Of a stretch of 64,000 bases of DNA, positions 17,543 to 25,939 are shown in pieces. Source of the stretch: Deltaproteobacteria bacterium (lineage in GTDB: Bacteria; Desulfobacterota; Desulfobaccia; Desulfobaccales; 0-14-0-80-60-11); contig JAUSOZ010000015.1 in NCBI GenBank assembly GCA_030655955.1, positions 1,669 through 65,668 on the forward strand, written 5' to 3'. The notes below the pieces were generated by a model that saw only the letters and a program-made list of their open reading frames with translations, ran no database searches and had not been told where the DNA came from. Numbering within the stretch: the first letter of the stretch is position 1; each line of letters starts with the position of its first letter. Both the position numbers and the translations under genes were made by a program.

Positions 17543-18358
17543 ATGGCCAGAATTCTGTTGATAATGTCTCTGATAGGTTCACTGTTCATGGCTGCTAACG
17601 TTGCGGCGGAAACCCGGATCAAGTGCGCCTCTACCACCAGCACCCAAAATTCAGGACTGTTCGATTACCTGTTGCCCATCTTTGAGAAAAAGACCGGCAT
17701 CAAGGTGGACGTGGTGGCCGTGGGCACCGGCGCGGCCATCGAAATTGGCAAGCGGGGCGACGCCGACGTCGTGTTAGTGCACGCCAAGAACCAGGAATTG
17801 AAGGCCGTGGCCGAGGGGGCCTTCGTCAATCGCCATGACGTGATGTATAATGATTTTGTCGTCATCGGCCCGGCCAAAGATCCTCTGAAAATCAAAGGCA
17901 TGAAGACTGCGGCGGATGCCTTCAAGAAGATTGCGGACCAGAAGGCTGAATTTGTGTCTCGGGGGGATAAATCCGGCACCAATACCAAGGAGCTGGCCCT
18001 CTGGAAGAGCGCCGGCATCGATCCCAAGGGTCAGAAATGGTATTTGGAGGTGGGCCAGGGCATGGCAAAGACCCAGCGCATCGCCAATGAGAAGCGGGCC
18101 TACACCCTCACCGACCGGGGCACCTGGTTGGCCACCAAGGATAAGGATAAGCTGGAAATGGTGGTGGTGCTGGAAGGCGACCCCGTCCTGTTCAATCAAT
18201 ACGGGGTGATGGCGGTGAATTCCGAAAAACATAAGCAGGTGAAATATAAGGAGGCCATGGCCTTCGTGGATTGGCTCATCTCGCCGGCAGGCCAAAAGGC
18301 CATCGGTGACTATAAAGACAAGCTCGGGAATCAACTTTTTACTCCTAATGCCAAATAA
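17543..18358 (+). CDS. tupA: Tungstate-binding periplasmic protein
   Basis: Signal peptide, then the ASTTSTQNSGL (TTTS-type motif) and SRGDKSGTNTKE motifs typical of TupA. Confidence 0.85.
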   Translation: MARILLIMSLIGSLFMAANVAAETRIKCASTTSTQNSGLFDYLLPIFEKKTGIKVDVVAVGTGAAIEIGKRGDADVVLVHAKNQELKAVAEGAFVNRHDVMYNDFVVIGPAKDPLKIKGMKTAADAFKKIADQKAEFVSRGDKSGTNTKELALWKSAGIDPKGQKWYLEVGQGMAKTQRIANEKRAYTLTDRGTWLATKDKDKLEMVVVLEGDPVLFNQYGVMAVNSEKHKQVKYKEAMAFVDWLISPAGQKAIGDYKDKLGNQLFTPNAK

Positions 18359-18389
18359 CTGCGGCGGATAGGGCAGTCGCGTATGAGTT

Positions 18390-18417
18390 GTAGGGGCGGT
18401 GCCCTCACCGCCCCTAC
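18390..18417. repeat. GTAGGGGCGG..CCGCCCCTAC hairpin repeat (family B) between tupA and tupB
   Basis: gtaggggcggtgccctcaccgcccctac. The same stem sequence recurs at 23575, 45905 and, as a variant, at 43467. Confidence 0.7.
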
Positions 18418-18481
18418 GAGAACTTTTTTAAGCAGACCGAACCATGGGTTAGGAACTCTGGTCTGCCCTGGTTAATGCTCT

Positions 18482-19201
18482 ATGCAATCCATCCTCGAAG
18501 GGTTTGCTGCGGCCTTCCGGCTCATCGTCACCGGTAATCCGGAGCTGTGGCGCATTATCCTGTTATCTCTTGAGGTTTCGGGCACGGCCCTGATCCTGGC
18601 CACCGTCCTGGGCCTGCCGGTGGGCGCCTGCCTGGCTATGCGCCGGGTGCCGGTCAAGGGTTTGGTGATCAGCCTGCTCAACACCGGTATGGGCCTGCCG
18701 CCCGTGGCCGCGGGGTTGTTCCTCTACCTGTTTCTGTCCCGCAGCGGTCCCTTGGGGTTCATGGGCTTGCTCTACACCCCCACCGCCATGATCATTGTCC
18801 AGTGCATCCTCGCCTTCCCCATTGTGGCCTCCCTGTCCCATGCCGCCATTGCCAACGTGGACCCGGTGATCCGGCAGGCGGCCGTTACCCTGGGAGCCAC
18901 CCCCATCCAGGAGAGCCTCGCCGTCGTCAAGGAGGCCAGATACTCCATCATGGCGGGGGTCATGGCCGGGCTGGGCCGGGTCATGGCGGAGGTGGGGGCC
19001 ATCATTATCGTCGGCGGCAACATCGCCGGGTACACCCGGGTAATGACCACCACCATCGCCCTGGAGACCGACAAGGGCAACTTTGAACTGGCCATTGCCC
19101 TGGGAATAATTCTCTTGACCATCTCCTTTTCCATCACCGTGGCTCTGCGCTTTTTTCAAAGGCTGGGGCGCACCGGGACTTCGGCTGCTTCATGGGCTTA
19201 G
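18482..19201 (+). CDS. tupB: Tungstate ABC transporter permease
   Basis: Five or more TM helices and a binding-protein-dependent permease EAA-like loop (QAAVTLGATPIQESLAVVKEARYS). Position between tupA and tupC supports the call. Confidence 0.8.
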   Translation: MQSILEGFAAAFRLIVTGNPELWRIILLSLEVSGTALILATVLGLPVGACLAMRRVPVKGLVISLLNTGMGLPPVAAGLFLYLFLSRSGPLGFMGLLYTPTAMIIVQCILAFPIVASLSHAAIANVDPVIRQAAVTLGATPIQESLAVVKEARYSIMAGVMAGLGRVMAEVGAIIIVGGNIAGYTRVMTTTIALETDKGNFELAIALGIILLTISFSITVALRFFQRLGRTGTSAASWA

Positions 19202-19845
19202 AGCTGAAAATCGCGCACGTCTTCCGGAGTTACAACGGCAATCCCATTCTGCGCGATTGCTCTTTTGGCTTCGCCAGTGGGCGCACTTACGTGCTGCAGG
19301 GTCCCAACGGCAGCGGCAAATCCACCCTGTTCCGGGCCCTGGCCCTGTTGGAAAAACCCGACCGCGGCCGGGTAGAGTACCGCGACGGCGGCCGGATTCT
19401 TGCCGCCGACCTGGAATTGCGGCGCCGCATCACCCTGGTACTCCCCAGCACCGGCATTTTCAACACCACGGTGTTCAAAAATGTGGCTTATGGCCTGAAG
19501 ATCAGGGGGGTTACCGGCGCCGACCGAGAGGCGCGGGTCAATGACGCCCTGGCGGCCGTGGGCCTGGCGCATAAGAAATGGCACCGGGCCTCGGAGCTTT
19601 CCAGCGGCGAAACCAAGCGCCTGGGGATTGCCCGGGCCATGGTGATTAACCCGGAAGTCCTGATGCTGGATGAACCCACCGCCAACATTGACCCGGCCAA
19701 TACGGCAATCATCGAGTCCATTATTTTGAAGATGCGGCAGGAGCGGTCCGCCACCATCCTGATGATCACCCACGATCCGGCCCAGGCGGAGCGGTTGGGT
19801 GATGACCTGCTGTTCATGCAAGAGGGCAAAATTATCCCGGCCTGA
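19192..19845 (+). CDS. tupC: Tungstate ABC transporter ATPase
   Basis: Walker A GPNGSGKS, signature LSSGETKRLGIARAM, Walker B VLMLDEPTANID. The start overlaps the tupB end by 10 nt. Confidence 0.8.
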   Translation: MGLELKIAHVFRSYNGNPILRDCSFGFASGRTYVLQGPNGSGKSTLFRALALLEKPDRGRVEYRDGGRILAADLELRRRITLVLPSTGIFNTTVFKNVAYGLKIRGVTGADREARVNDALAAVGLAHKKWHRASELSSGETKRLGIARAMVINPEVLMLDEPTANIDPANTAIIESIILKMRQERSATILMITHDPAQAERLGDDLLFMQEGKIIPA

Positions 19846-20435
19846 GCGGCTCTCCGGGCGCGCCGCGGCAAAAATTTCATCGGACGGCGCTGCCTTTTAC
19901 CCGCATATCGCGTTAAAATACCCTGATTTTTTGGTGAGGATGGGACAAACGCCCGCGTCGCTGTTTCATCACCCCAATTTTGTTCCGCCACCGGGGTCGT
20001 CTCTGTGCCGCTGCAGACCGGGGAGGTTTGGGCGGCAAGTGCGTTCCCAAGCAGGAGCTTGGGAACGAGAGGAAAATCAGATTCAAAGGGAGGCGGAGAG
20101 GCAGGTTTGCCTAGGCCCCCCCTCACCCCAGCCCTCTCCCCCCGAAGCGGGTGGAGAGGGGGTTAGAGGTGCCCAAGCAGAGCTTGGGCGGAAAGCGGCG
20201 TTCCCAAGTGCAACTTGGAAACGAGGGCGTAAAAGACAAATCCCCCCAAACCCCCCTTTTTCAAAGGGGGGCTTTTAGGAGCAGGGGCAAATGGCAGCAG
20301 TGCCAGGTCTACATTTACTCATGGTGCGCGGTGCGCACCCTACATTTCCTACATTTCTCTTTGCTTATAGGGGGTTGGGAGGGGAGGGTGGGGGATCGTT
20401 GATCCCCCAGTCTTCCCCTCAATTATTTTATCTCG
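19846..20435. repeat. 590-bp intergenic cluster of short palindromic repeats (families H, A, D, C)
   Basis: Contents: GTTCCCAAGCaggaGCTTGGGAAC (20043-20066), GCCCAAGCagaGCTTGGGC (20171-20189), GTTCCCAAGTgcaACTTGGAAAC (20200-20222), CCCTCTCC..GGAGAGGG (20132-20160), aaatcccccc..cccccctttttcaaagggggg (20238-20276) and ggtgcgcggtgcgcaccctac (20323-20343). Confidence 0.8.
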
Positions 20436-23006
20436 CTATCCGGCGGCGGCTTCTTGGGGGCGGAGGCATTTGAGGCCGTAGTCTCCGGTTTTGAAGGCGT
20501 TGAGGATGCGCTCCATGACGGCGTCGGAGGTCAGGGCCAGGTCGAGCTGGCGGCAGAAGGCGATGAGGAGTCCGGCCAGTTCCAGGGTCTGTTCGGTTTC
20601 CAGGAGGGAGAGCTTGACCAGGCGGCCCTGAACCAGGTCGCCTTTGGTCTGGGCCTTGAAGCCCAGGTCGTCCAGGATCCGTTTGACCAGGCGGGCCCGG
20701 CGCTCCCGGCGGTCGATGTTGGCGGCGCCGCCCTTGAATTGGAAGCTGATGTAGTTGTCGTTTTTCTCCTCCGAGATGAAGGCGTCGACGATGCCGAAGT
20801 GGTAGCCGATGCGGGAGTTGAAATTGAGGTAGGACTCGGTGACGATGGCGAAGCTCTTGCCCCCCAGGCCGCGCTCGGACTTGGCGGTGTCGTACATGGT
20901 GTTGGCAAAGACCGAGATGAAGCCCTTGAGGTCCGGGGCCACCTGGCCGGCCCAGACCACCCCGGGGTGGTGGAAGCCCCGGAGCAGGGCCTTGAAGGGG
21001 CGGCTTAAGATGTCGGCCTCGGTGACCTGCTCGGCGCCGGTTTCCCTAAGGCCGCCCCCCAGGTCGAGGATGAACAGATTGAGGGGCAGGTCGGTTTTGA
21101 GGCGGCTGACGTGATGGGATGCCAAGGCCTTCTCCATGTCCGGGATAAACATGGCGTCCATGGCCTTTTCGTGACAGAACCGGGTGATGTCGTGGAGGGT
21201 GCGGCAGTTAACCGCCTTAAACTCCGGGCTCTCGGGGTCGAGGAGGTTCAGGCGGGAGACGGATTTCAAGATGCGGCGCAATTTGAGGAAGACCGGGTCA
21301 CTGCGCCAGGCTTCATCCGGTTTCACCTGGCGGGCCAGCAACTCGTGCATGATGCCGGGATAGATGAGGGCGGCGTCGGCGTCGACGGTGACTATCTGGC
21401 CGGGGGTGAGGGTCTTGGTGGCGCCGCCCACCTCCACCAGGGTGGGAATGCGGAACTCCCGGGCCAGGATGCTCATGTGGCCGGTGGGACTGCCCACTTC
21501 GGTGATGATGGCGGCAATGCGGTCCATGACCAGCACCAGGCGGGCTGAGGGCTGGCGGCCCACCACCACGGCGCCGGGCGGAATGCGGCTGACATCTTCA
21601 TCGTGGAGGAAGAGGTGGACCCGGCCGGCGGCCACGCCCCCCACCGCCCGGATGCCGTGGTGGAGGATGGGCGCCACCATGGGTTCGGGGACGGGGGGCC
21701 GCTCCTCGGCGGCAAAGGCCGGGGCGCTGATCCTCAGGGGCCGGGATTGGAGGATGATGAGGTTGCCCGCCTCGCCCACGGTCCACTCGATATCCTGGGG
21801 GTGGCCGAAGTGGTCCTCCAATTGCAGGGCAATTTCGGCCAGGGTCCGGACCTGGTCGTCGGTGAGGCAGGGGGCCTGGGCCTGTTCCGGGGCCAGGGAA
21901 ATTTCTTCCACTCCCCCAGCCGGGCCACAGGTGAGGGCGACGGGTTTTTCGGCTACCCGGCGCTGGGTGATGGAGTGGGGGGCCTGCCGGCTCACCTGAA
22001 AGAGGTCCGGGGACACGGTGCCGTCCACGGCGTACTGGCCCAGGCCCCACACCGCCGAAATCATCACGGTGTCGTCCTGGGGGGCCTGGGGGTCCAGGGA
22101 GAACATGACGCCGCTGGCCCGGGCCGGGACCATGGCCAGGACGCCCACGGCCATGGGGAGCGAGTTGACGGAAAACTGTTGGTATTTCCAGTAGAAGATG
22201 GCGCGAGAGGTAAACTTGCTGGCCACGATCTCCTTGTAGTGACCGGGTAAGGATGCGGCGTCGACGTTCAAGAGGGTGGCGAACTGGCCGGCAAAAGAGA
22301 ATTCGGTGTCCTCGCCCACGGCGCTGGAGCGCACCGCCAGCCAGTGGGTGGGCAGGTCTTGGCCCGCCTGGACGATGGCTGCTTCCAGGTCCGGGGGCAG
22401 GGGGGCCCGGCGCACCATGGCCTGCAACTCCTGGCTGATGACCCTGAGGCTGTCCAGGTCTTCGATGTTGGCCTGGGAGAGTTTGTCGTAAAGGTCGGCG
22501 GCCAGGCTGGAGGATTCCAGGAAGCGTTTGTAGGCCGCGGCGGTAATGGAAAAGCCCTGGGGCACCGGCAGGCCGACGCGGTTGCCGATCTCGCCGAGGT
22601 TGGCCATCTTGCCGCCCACCGCCGGGGCCAGTTCCCGGTGCAGAGCCGATAGGGGCAGGATGAACGGGGTATCGGGGATGGTGGGGACCGCTTCCAACTC
22701 CGCCAGCATCTCGTCCTGCAGACGCCTACAGATGGGGACCAGGTCGGATTGATAGCGGTTGTTGGTCAGGAGGTTGAGGGCGTTTACCATACCGGAGACC
22801 TGTTCGCCCAGGGCATTCACCTGTGAAGAGATATAGCTGGAGTCAAAGACGAAATCGCCGGAGAGTTTTTCCTCCATGTCCGCCATGGTGTCCAGGGCCT
22901 GGTTGTTGTTGTCGAGCAGGCGCCGGAAATGGACAAATTTCTCCTGCAAACGGACCTGTTCGGTCGGTTCGGGGTCTTTGAGAAAGCGCCGCAGGAATTT
23001 TAGCAT
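20436..23006 (-). CDS. Dikinase-like protein P1: N-terminal helical region + PPDK-N ATP-grasp + phosphohistidine swivel domain + unrecognised ~300-aa C-terminal domain
   Basis: GGKMANLGEIGNRVGLPVPQGF, VRSSAVGEDTEFSFAGQ and PQDIEWTV..LIILQSRP indicate a PPDK-N / PEP-synthase nucleotide domain. GSPTGHMSILAREFRIPTLV is the swivel His. The C-terminal domain carries NCRTLHDITRF, LDLGGG, RIGYHF, NDNYISFQFKGGAA and RRERRARL. No PEP-utilizer TIM-barrel motifs are seen. Confidence 0.85.
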   Translation of the reverse strand: MLKFLRRFLKDPEPTEQVRLQEKFVHFRRLLDNNNQALDTMADMEEKLSGDFVFDSSYISSQVNALGEQVSGMVNALNLLTNNRYQSDLVPICRRLQDEMLAELEAVPTIPDTPFILPLSALHRELAPAVGGKMANLGEIGNRVGLPVPQGFSITAAAYKRFLESSSLAADLYDKLSQANIEDLDSLRVISQELQAMVRRAPLPPDLEAAIVQAGQDLPTHWLAVRSSAVGEDTEFSFAGQFATLLNVDAASLPGHYKEIVASKFTSRAIFYWKYQQFSVNSLPMAVGVLAMVPARASGVMFSLDPQAPQDDTVMISAVWGLGQYAVDGTVSPDLFQVSRQAPHSITQRRVAEKPVALTCGPAGGVEEISLAPEQAQAPCLTDDQVRTLAEIALQLEDHFGHPQDIEWTVGEAGNLIILQSRPLRISAPAFAAEERPPVPEPMVAPILHHGIRAVGGVAAGRVHLFLHDEDVSRIPPGAVVVGRQPSARLVLVMDRIAAIITEVGSPTGHMSILAREFRIPTLVEVGGATKTLTPGQIVTVDADAALIYPGIMHELLARQVKPDEAWRSDPVFLKLRRILKSVSRLNLLDPESPEFKAVNCRTLHDITRFCHEKAMDAMFIPDMEKALASHHVSRLKTDLPLNLFILDLGGGLRETGAEQVTEADILSRPFKALLRGFHHPGVVWAGQVAPDLKGFISVFANTMYDTAKSERGLGGKSFAIVTESYLNFNSRIGYHFGIVDAFISEEKNDNYISFQFKGGAANIDRRERRARLVKRILDDLGFKAQTKGDLVQGRLVKLSLLETEQTLELAGLLIAFCRQLDLALTSDAVMERILNAFKTGDYGLKCLRPQEAAAG

Positions 23007-23007
23007 A

Positions 23008-23055
23008 GTAGTCAGTGGTCAGTGGTCAGTAGCCAGTAGTCAGTTGTCAGTTGTC
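23008..23055. repeat. Tandem heptanucleotide array (GTCAGTG/GTCAGTA/GCCAGTA/GTCAGTT), abutting the P1 start codon
   Basis: gtcagtg gtcagtg gtcagta gccagta gtcagtt gtcagtt gtc. It begins 1-4 nt from the ATG (23006-23004, minus strand). It is the inverted complement of the array at 23116-23148. Confidence 0.85.
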
Positions 23056-23115
23056 TGGGGTTAGATAGAGGGCGTGCCGGGTGCCCCGGATTTGGCGGCC
23101 ACCAGGCCGCTCCAT

Positions 23116-23148
23116 AACTGACCACTGGCAACTGGCAACTGACTACTG
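23116..23148. repeat. Tandem heptanucleotide array (AACTGAC/CACTGGC/AACTGGC), overlapping the response-regulator stop codon
   Basis: aactgac cactggc aactggc aactgac tactg is the reverse complement of CAGTNGT-type units. It can pair with 23008-23055 across a ~60-nt spacer. Confidence 0.85.
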
Positions 23149-23547
23149 TTTTTTCAAGGCGGCCAGTTCCCCTTGCATGCGCTTCCACTCCAGGGCCCGC
23201 TTGATGGTGATGAGGATGGTCTCCTTGCGGAAGGGCTTGGTGATAAAATCGTAGGCGCCTTTCTGGATGGCCTCTTCGGCGGTCTCAATGGTGCCGTAGG
23301 CGGTAATGACAATAATGGGCATGGTAACGTCGATATTCTTGACGATGCCGATGAGGTCGATGCCATCCACCAGGGGCATTTTGAGATCGGTGACCACTAA
23401 GTCGTAATGACTATCCTGGAGCAATTTGCTCACTTCCAGGGGATTGTTGGTCGTGGTAACCTCATAGCCGGTCTTATCCATCAGGATAGTTTTCAGCAAT
23501 CTGAGCATATTGGGTTCATCGTCAACGACCAGTATCCGCTCCGGCAT
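23143..23547 (-). CDS. Single-domain (CheY-like) response regulator
   Basis: ILVVDDEP, LVVTDLKMP, VITAYG and DFITKPF. At 134 aa there is no output domain. Confidence 0.9.
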   Translation of the reverse strand: MPERILVVDDEPNMLRLLKTILMDKTGYEVTTTNNPLEVSKLLQDSHYDLVVTDLKMPLVDGIDLIGIVKNIDVTMPIIVITAYGTIETAEEAIQKGAYDFITKPFRKETILITIKRALEWKRMQGELAALKKQ

Positions 23548-23574
23548 CTTATCCTCCTGTCCTGAAAAGTTCCC

Positions 23575-23602
23575 GTAGGGGCGGTTCGCGAACCGCCCCT
23601 AC
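23575..23602. repeat. Family-B hairpin GTAGGGGCGGttcgcgaaCCGCCCCTAC between the kinase and regulator genes
   Basis: Perfect 10-bp stem located in the 63-bp gap between the HK stop (23611) and the RR start (23547). Confidence 0.7.
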
Positions 23603-23610
23603 AACTCTCT

Positions 23611-25932
23611 TTACGAGATAACTGCGGTTTGATTCGGCGGGGCCTGTTCCAGGCCGTTCGCCTCGGCCTCGGGGCCGGAAATAATGGGGAGGTAAACGGT
23701 AAACGTGGTGCCATGCTTTCCGGGATATTCATCGGCGGGGTAACTGGTGAAGATGATGTTCCCGCCGAATTTGGTGATAATGCCGTAGCTCATGGACAGG
23801 CCCAGGCCGGTGCCTTTGCCGGTCTCCTTGGTGGTGAAGAAGGGGTCGAAGATCTTGGCCTGGGCCTCCCGGGGGATGCCGGCGCCGGTGTCGATAAATT
23901 CGATGGCGACGCGTTTGCCGTCGGGGCTGAGCGCGGTAAGGACCTTGAGGATCCCGCCCCCCGCCATGGCGTCGGCGGCATTGTTGACCAGATTGATGAA
24001 GACCTGCTGCAGTTCCGGGGGGTCACCCTTGACCCGGGGGAGGCCCGGGGCCAGGCTGGTTTCCAGGCGGATCTTTTTGGTCAGCAGGGTGTTCTTCACC
24101 ACGGCCAGGGTTTTTTCCAGGAGGCCGGAAACCTCGGCGCTGGTTTCGCTCACCTGGGGGATGCGGGCGAAGGTGAGGATGTTTTCGACGATTTTTTTGC
24201 ACCGGAGCCCTTCGTCCTCGATGACCTGGAGGGTTTCGTGGATCTCGGGCATGGACTCGGTCTGCTCCAGGAGGTGCTCGGTGAATCCCAGGATCACGGT
24301 CATGGGATTATTGATCTCATGGGCCACCCCCGCGGCCAGGGTGCCGATGGAGGCGAGCTTCTCCATGTTGATCATCCGGTCTTCAATGGCTTTGCGGCCG
24401 GTGATGTTCCGGGAAATGATCTCGTAGGCAAAGGTATCGCCGTGTTCATCTTTGATGCCCACGATGCTGGTGGAAAACCAGAATTCCTGGTCGCCGATGG
24501 ACACCGGGTGGCGCTTGCTTCTGACCCTGTTCGTCTCCTTGACTTCCCGGAGCCATTCCATGTGGAAGTCGGCGGATTTTTGATTGAAGATGTCGTTCAA
24601 GGTGCGCCCGACAAACTCCTGGGATGTCCCCTGGATGACGCCGCCGGTGGTTGCGGGCTTTACCGAGGATCGGGCGGTGGCGAAGAGGTTGGCGGCGTAG
24701 CGGTTGATGGACAGGACACGGCCGTCGGCGTCCACGGAGTAGATCAGGTCGGCGGCGTTTTCCACCAGGCCCTGATACCGGGCCTCTGATTTCTGCAACT
24801 TCTCCTTCTGGCGGTTGACCTCTTCTTCCAGGCTGGAAGAAAACTGCTGCTCGTAGCGGAAATTCAGCATGACGATGGTGCCGGACAGGACCACCAGGCC
24901 GATGATGACCTGGAGGTAGAACTGCCGGGTATAGAGGGTATGGATCACGCCTTCGACTTCGCTGGCCGGGGCCACCACCGCCACTGACCAGGAGGTGGCC
25001 GGTTTAGTCTCCTGGACCAGGTTTTGTTCTTCCAACTGTACCGGGGCATAGGCCATGAGCTTTTGAATCTCTCCCGCCATGCCGCGATGCCAGCCGGAGA
25101 TATAAGTGCCCCAGCCTTCTTTGCCGGCCAGCATTTTTTCGCGCTGAATCTGGTTGATGGCGTCGAAGGAGATGGCGGGCATCCGTTCTTTGCGCACCGT
25201 AAAGGCGTTCTTGCCGATGAAGTCGCGTTCCGGATGACTGAGAAATATGCCCTTGCTATCCATGATCCAGGCATAACCGGTTTTGCCGCTCTGAATACCC
25301 TGGGTAAACTTTTTGGCCAGGGCATGGGCATCGATATAAAACACCAGCACCCCGCTGAAAGCCCCGGAGGGGTGGGGATGGGTTTCGTCCACCGACATCT
25401 CATAGGTGGGCACGGCCATGACGAAGATGAGCCGGCCGACGTAATGGGGAATCTCGGTGGACACCGGCATCACCAGGACCTGGCCCTTGTGTTCCGGTTG
25501 GGCGGCCCAGGAGAGGAACGAGGTGTCCTTGAAGGAGCCGGTGGTGATCTGATCCACCCCCCGGGAGTCCATCTGAAAAGCCCGGTTGCCGTCGGCACTG
25601 ATACGCAGGATCTCCACCACGCCTTCTTCCCGGACGGAAGCCAGGGTGGCCCGCATGCGGTTGGCCCAGGACAGGGGCTCCAGGTATTGGATGGAAGGGG
25701 AGAAGTTGAGGGTGCTCAGTTCCCGTTTGAGGAAGTTGATATCCTGCTCCAGCAGGCTGGCGGTATATTTGGCCAGCACCAACTGCTGCTGGTTGAAGTC
25801 TTCCTTGACGATCTCCTTCATCTGGTTGGCGGACATGAGGCCCAGATAGATGCTGATCCCCAGCAGGGCGAAATTGACCGCCAACAATAAAGCCAGGGCG
25901 TAGCGGGAGGCGAGAAACGGGAAGCGGCGCAT
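23611..25932 (-). CDS. Sensor histidine kinase with periplasmic Cache-like domain, PAS, HisKA, HATPase
   Basis: TM1 (ALALLLAVNFALLGISIYLGL), a ~300-aa extracytoplasmic region with Cache-like features (GYAWIMDSKGIFLSHP) and TM2. These are followed by a PAS domain (YQGLVENAADLIYSVDADGRV), H-box AAGVAHEINNP, N-box LVNNAADAM, and G-boxes DTGAGI / GTGLGLS. Confidence 0.9.
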   Translation of the reverse strand: MRRFPFLASRYALALLLAVNFALLGISIYLGLMSANQMKEIVKEDFNQQQLVLAKYTASLLEQDINFLKRELSTLNFSPSIQYLEPLSWANRMRATLASVREEGVVEILRISADGNRAFQMDSRGVDQITTGSFKDTSFLSWAAQPEHKGQVLVMPVSTEIPHYVGRLIFVMAVPTYEMSVDETHPHPSGAFSGVLVFYIDAHALAKKFTQGIQSGKTGYAWIMDSKGIFLSHPERDFIGKNAFTVRKERMPAISFDAINQIQREKMLAGKEGWGTYISGWHRGMAGEIQKLMAYAPVQLEEQNLVQETKPATSWSVAVVAPASEVEGVIHTLYTRQFYLQVIIGLVVLSGTIVMLNFRYEQQFSSSLEEEVNRQKEKLQKSEARYQGLVENAADLIYSVDADGRVLSINRYAANLFATARSSVKPATTGGVIQGTSQEFVGRTLNDIFNQKSADFHMEWLREVKETNRVRSKRHPVSIGDQEFWFSTSIVGIKDEHGDTFAYEIISRNITGRKAIEDRMINMEKLASIGTLAAGVAHEINNPMTVILGFTEHLLEQTESMPEIHETLQVIEDEGLRCKKIVENILTFARIPQVSETSAEVSGLLEKTLAVVKNTLLTKKIRLETSLAPGLPRVKGDPPELQQVFINLVNNAADAMAGGGILKVLTALSPDGKRVAIEFIDTGAGIPREAQAKIFDPFFTTKETGKGTGLGLSMSYGIITKFGGNIIFTSYPADEYPGKHGTTFTVYLPIISGPEAEANGLEQAPPNQTAVIS

Positions 25933-25939
25933 AATTTTT

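Noticed and set aside
23008-23148. CRISPR array, considering all heptamer arrays
   Set aside because: The repeat unit is 7 bp with no spacers, the arrays are 30-50 bp long, and there are no cas genes. These are simple tandem repeats, not CRISPR.
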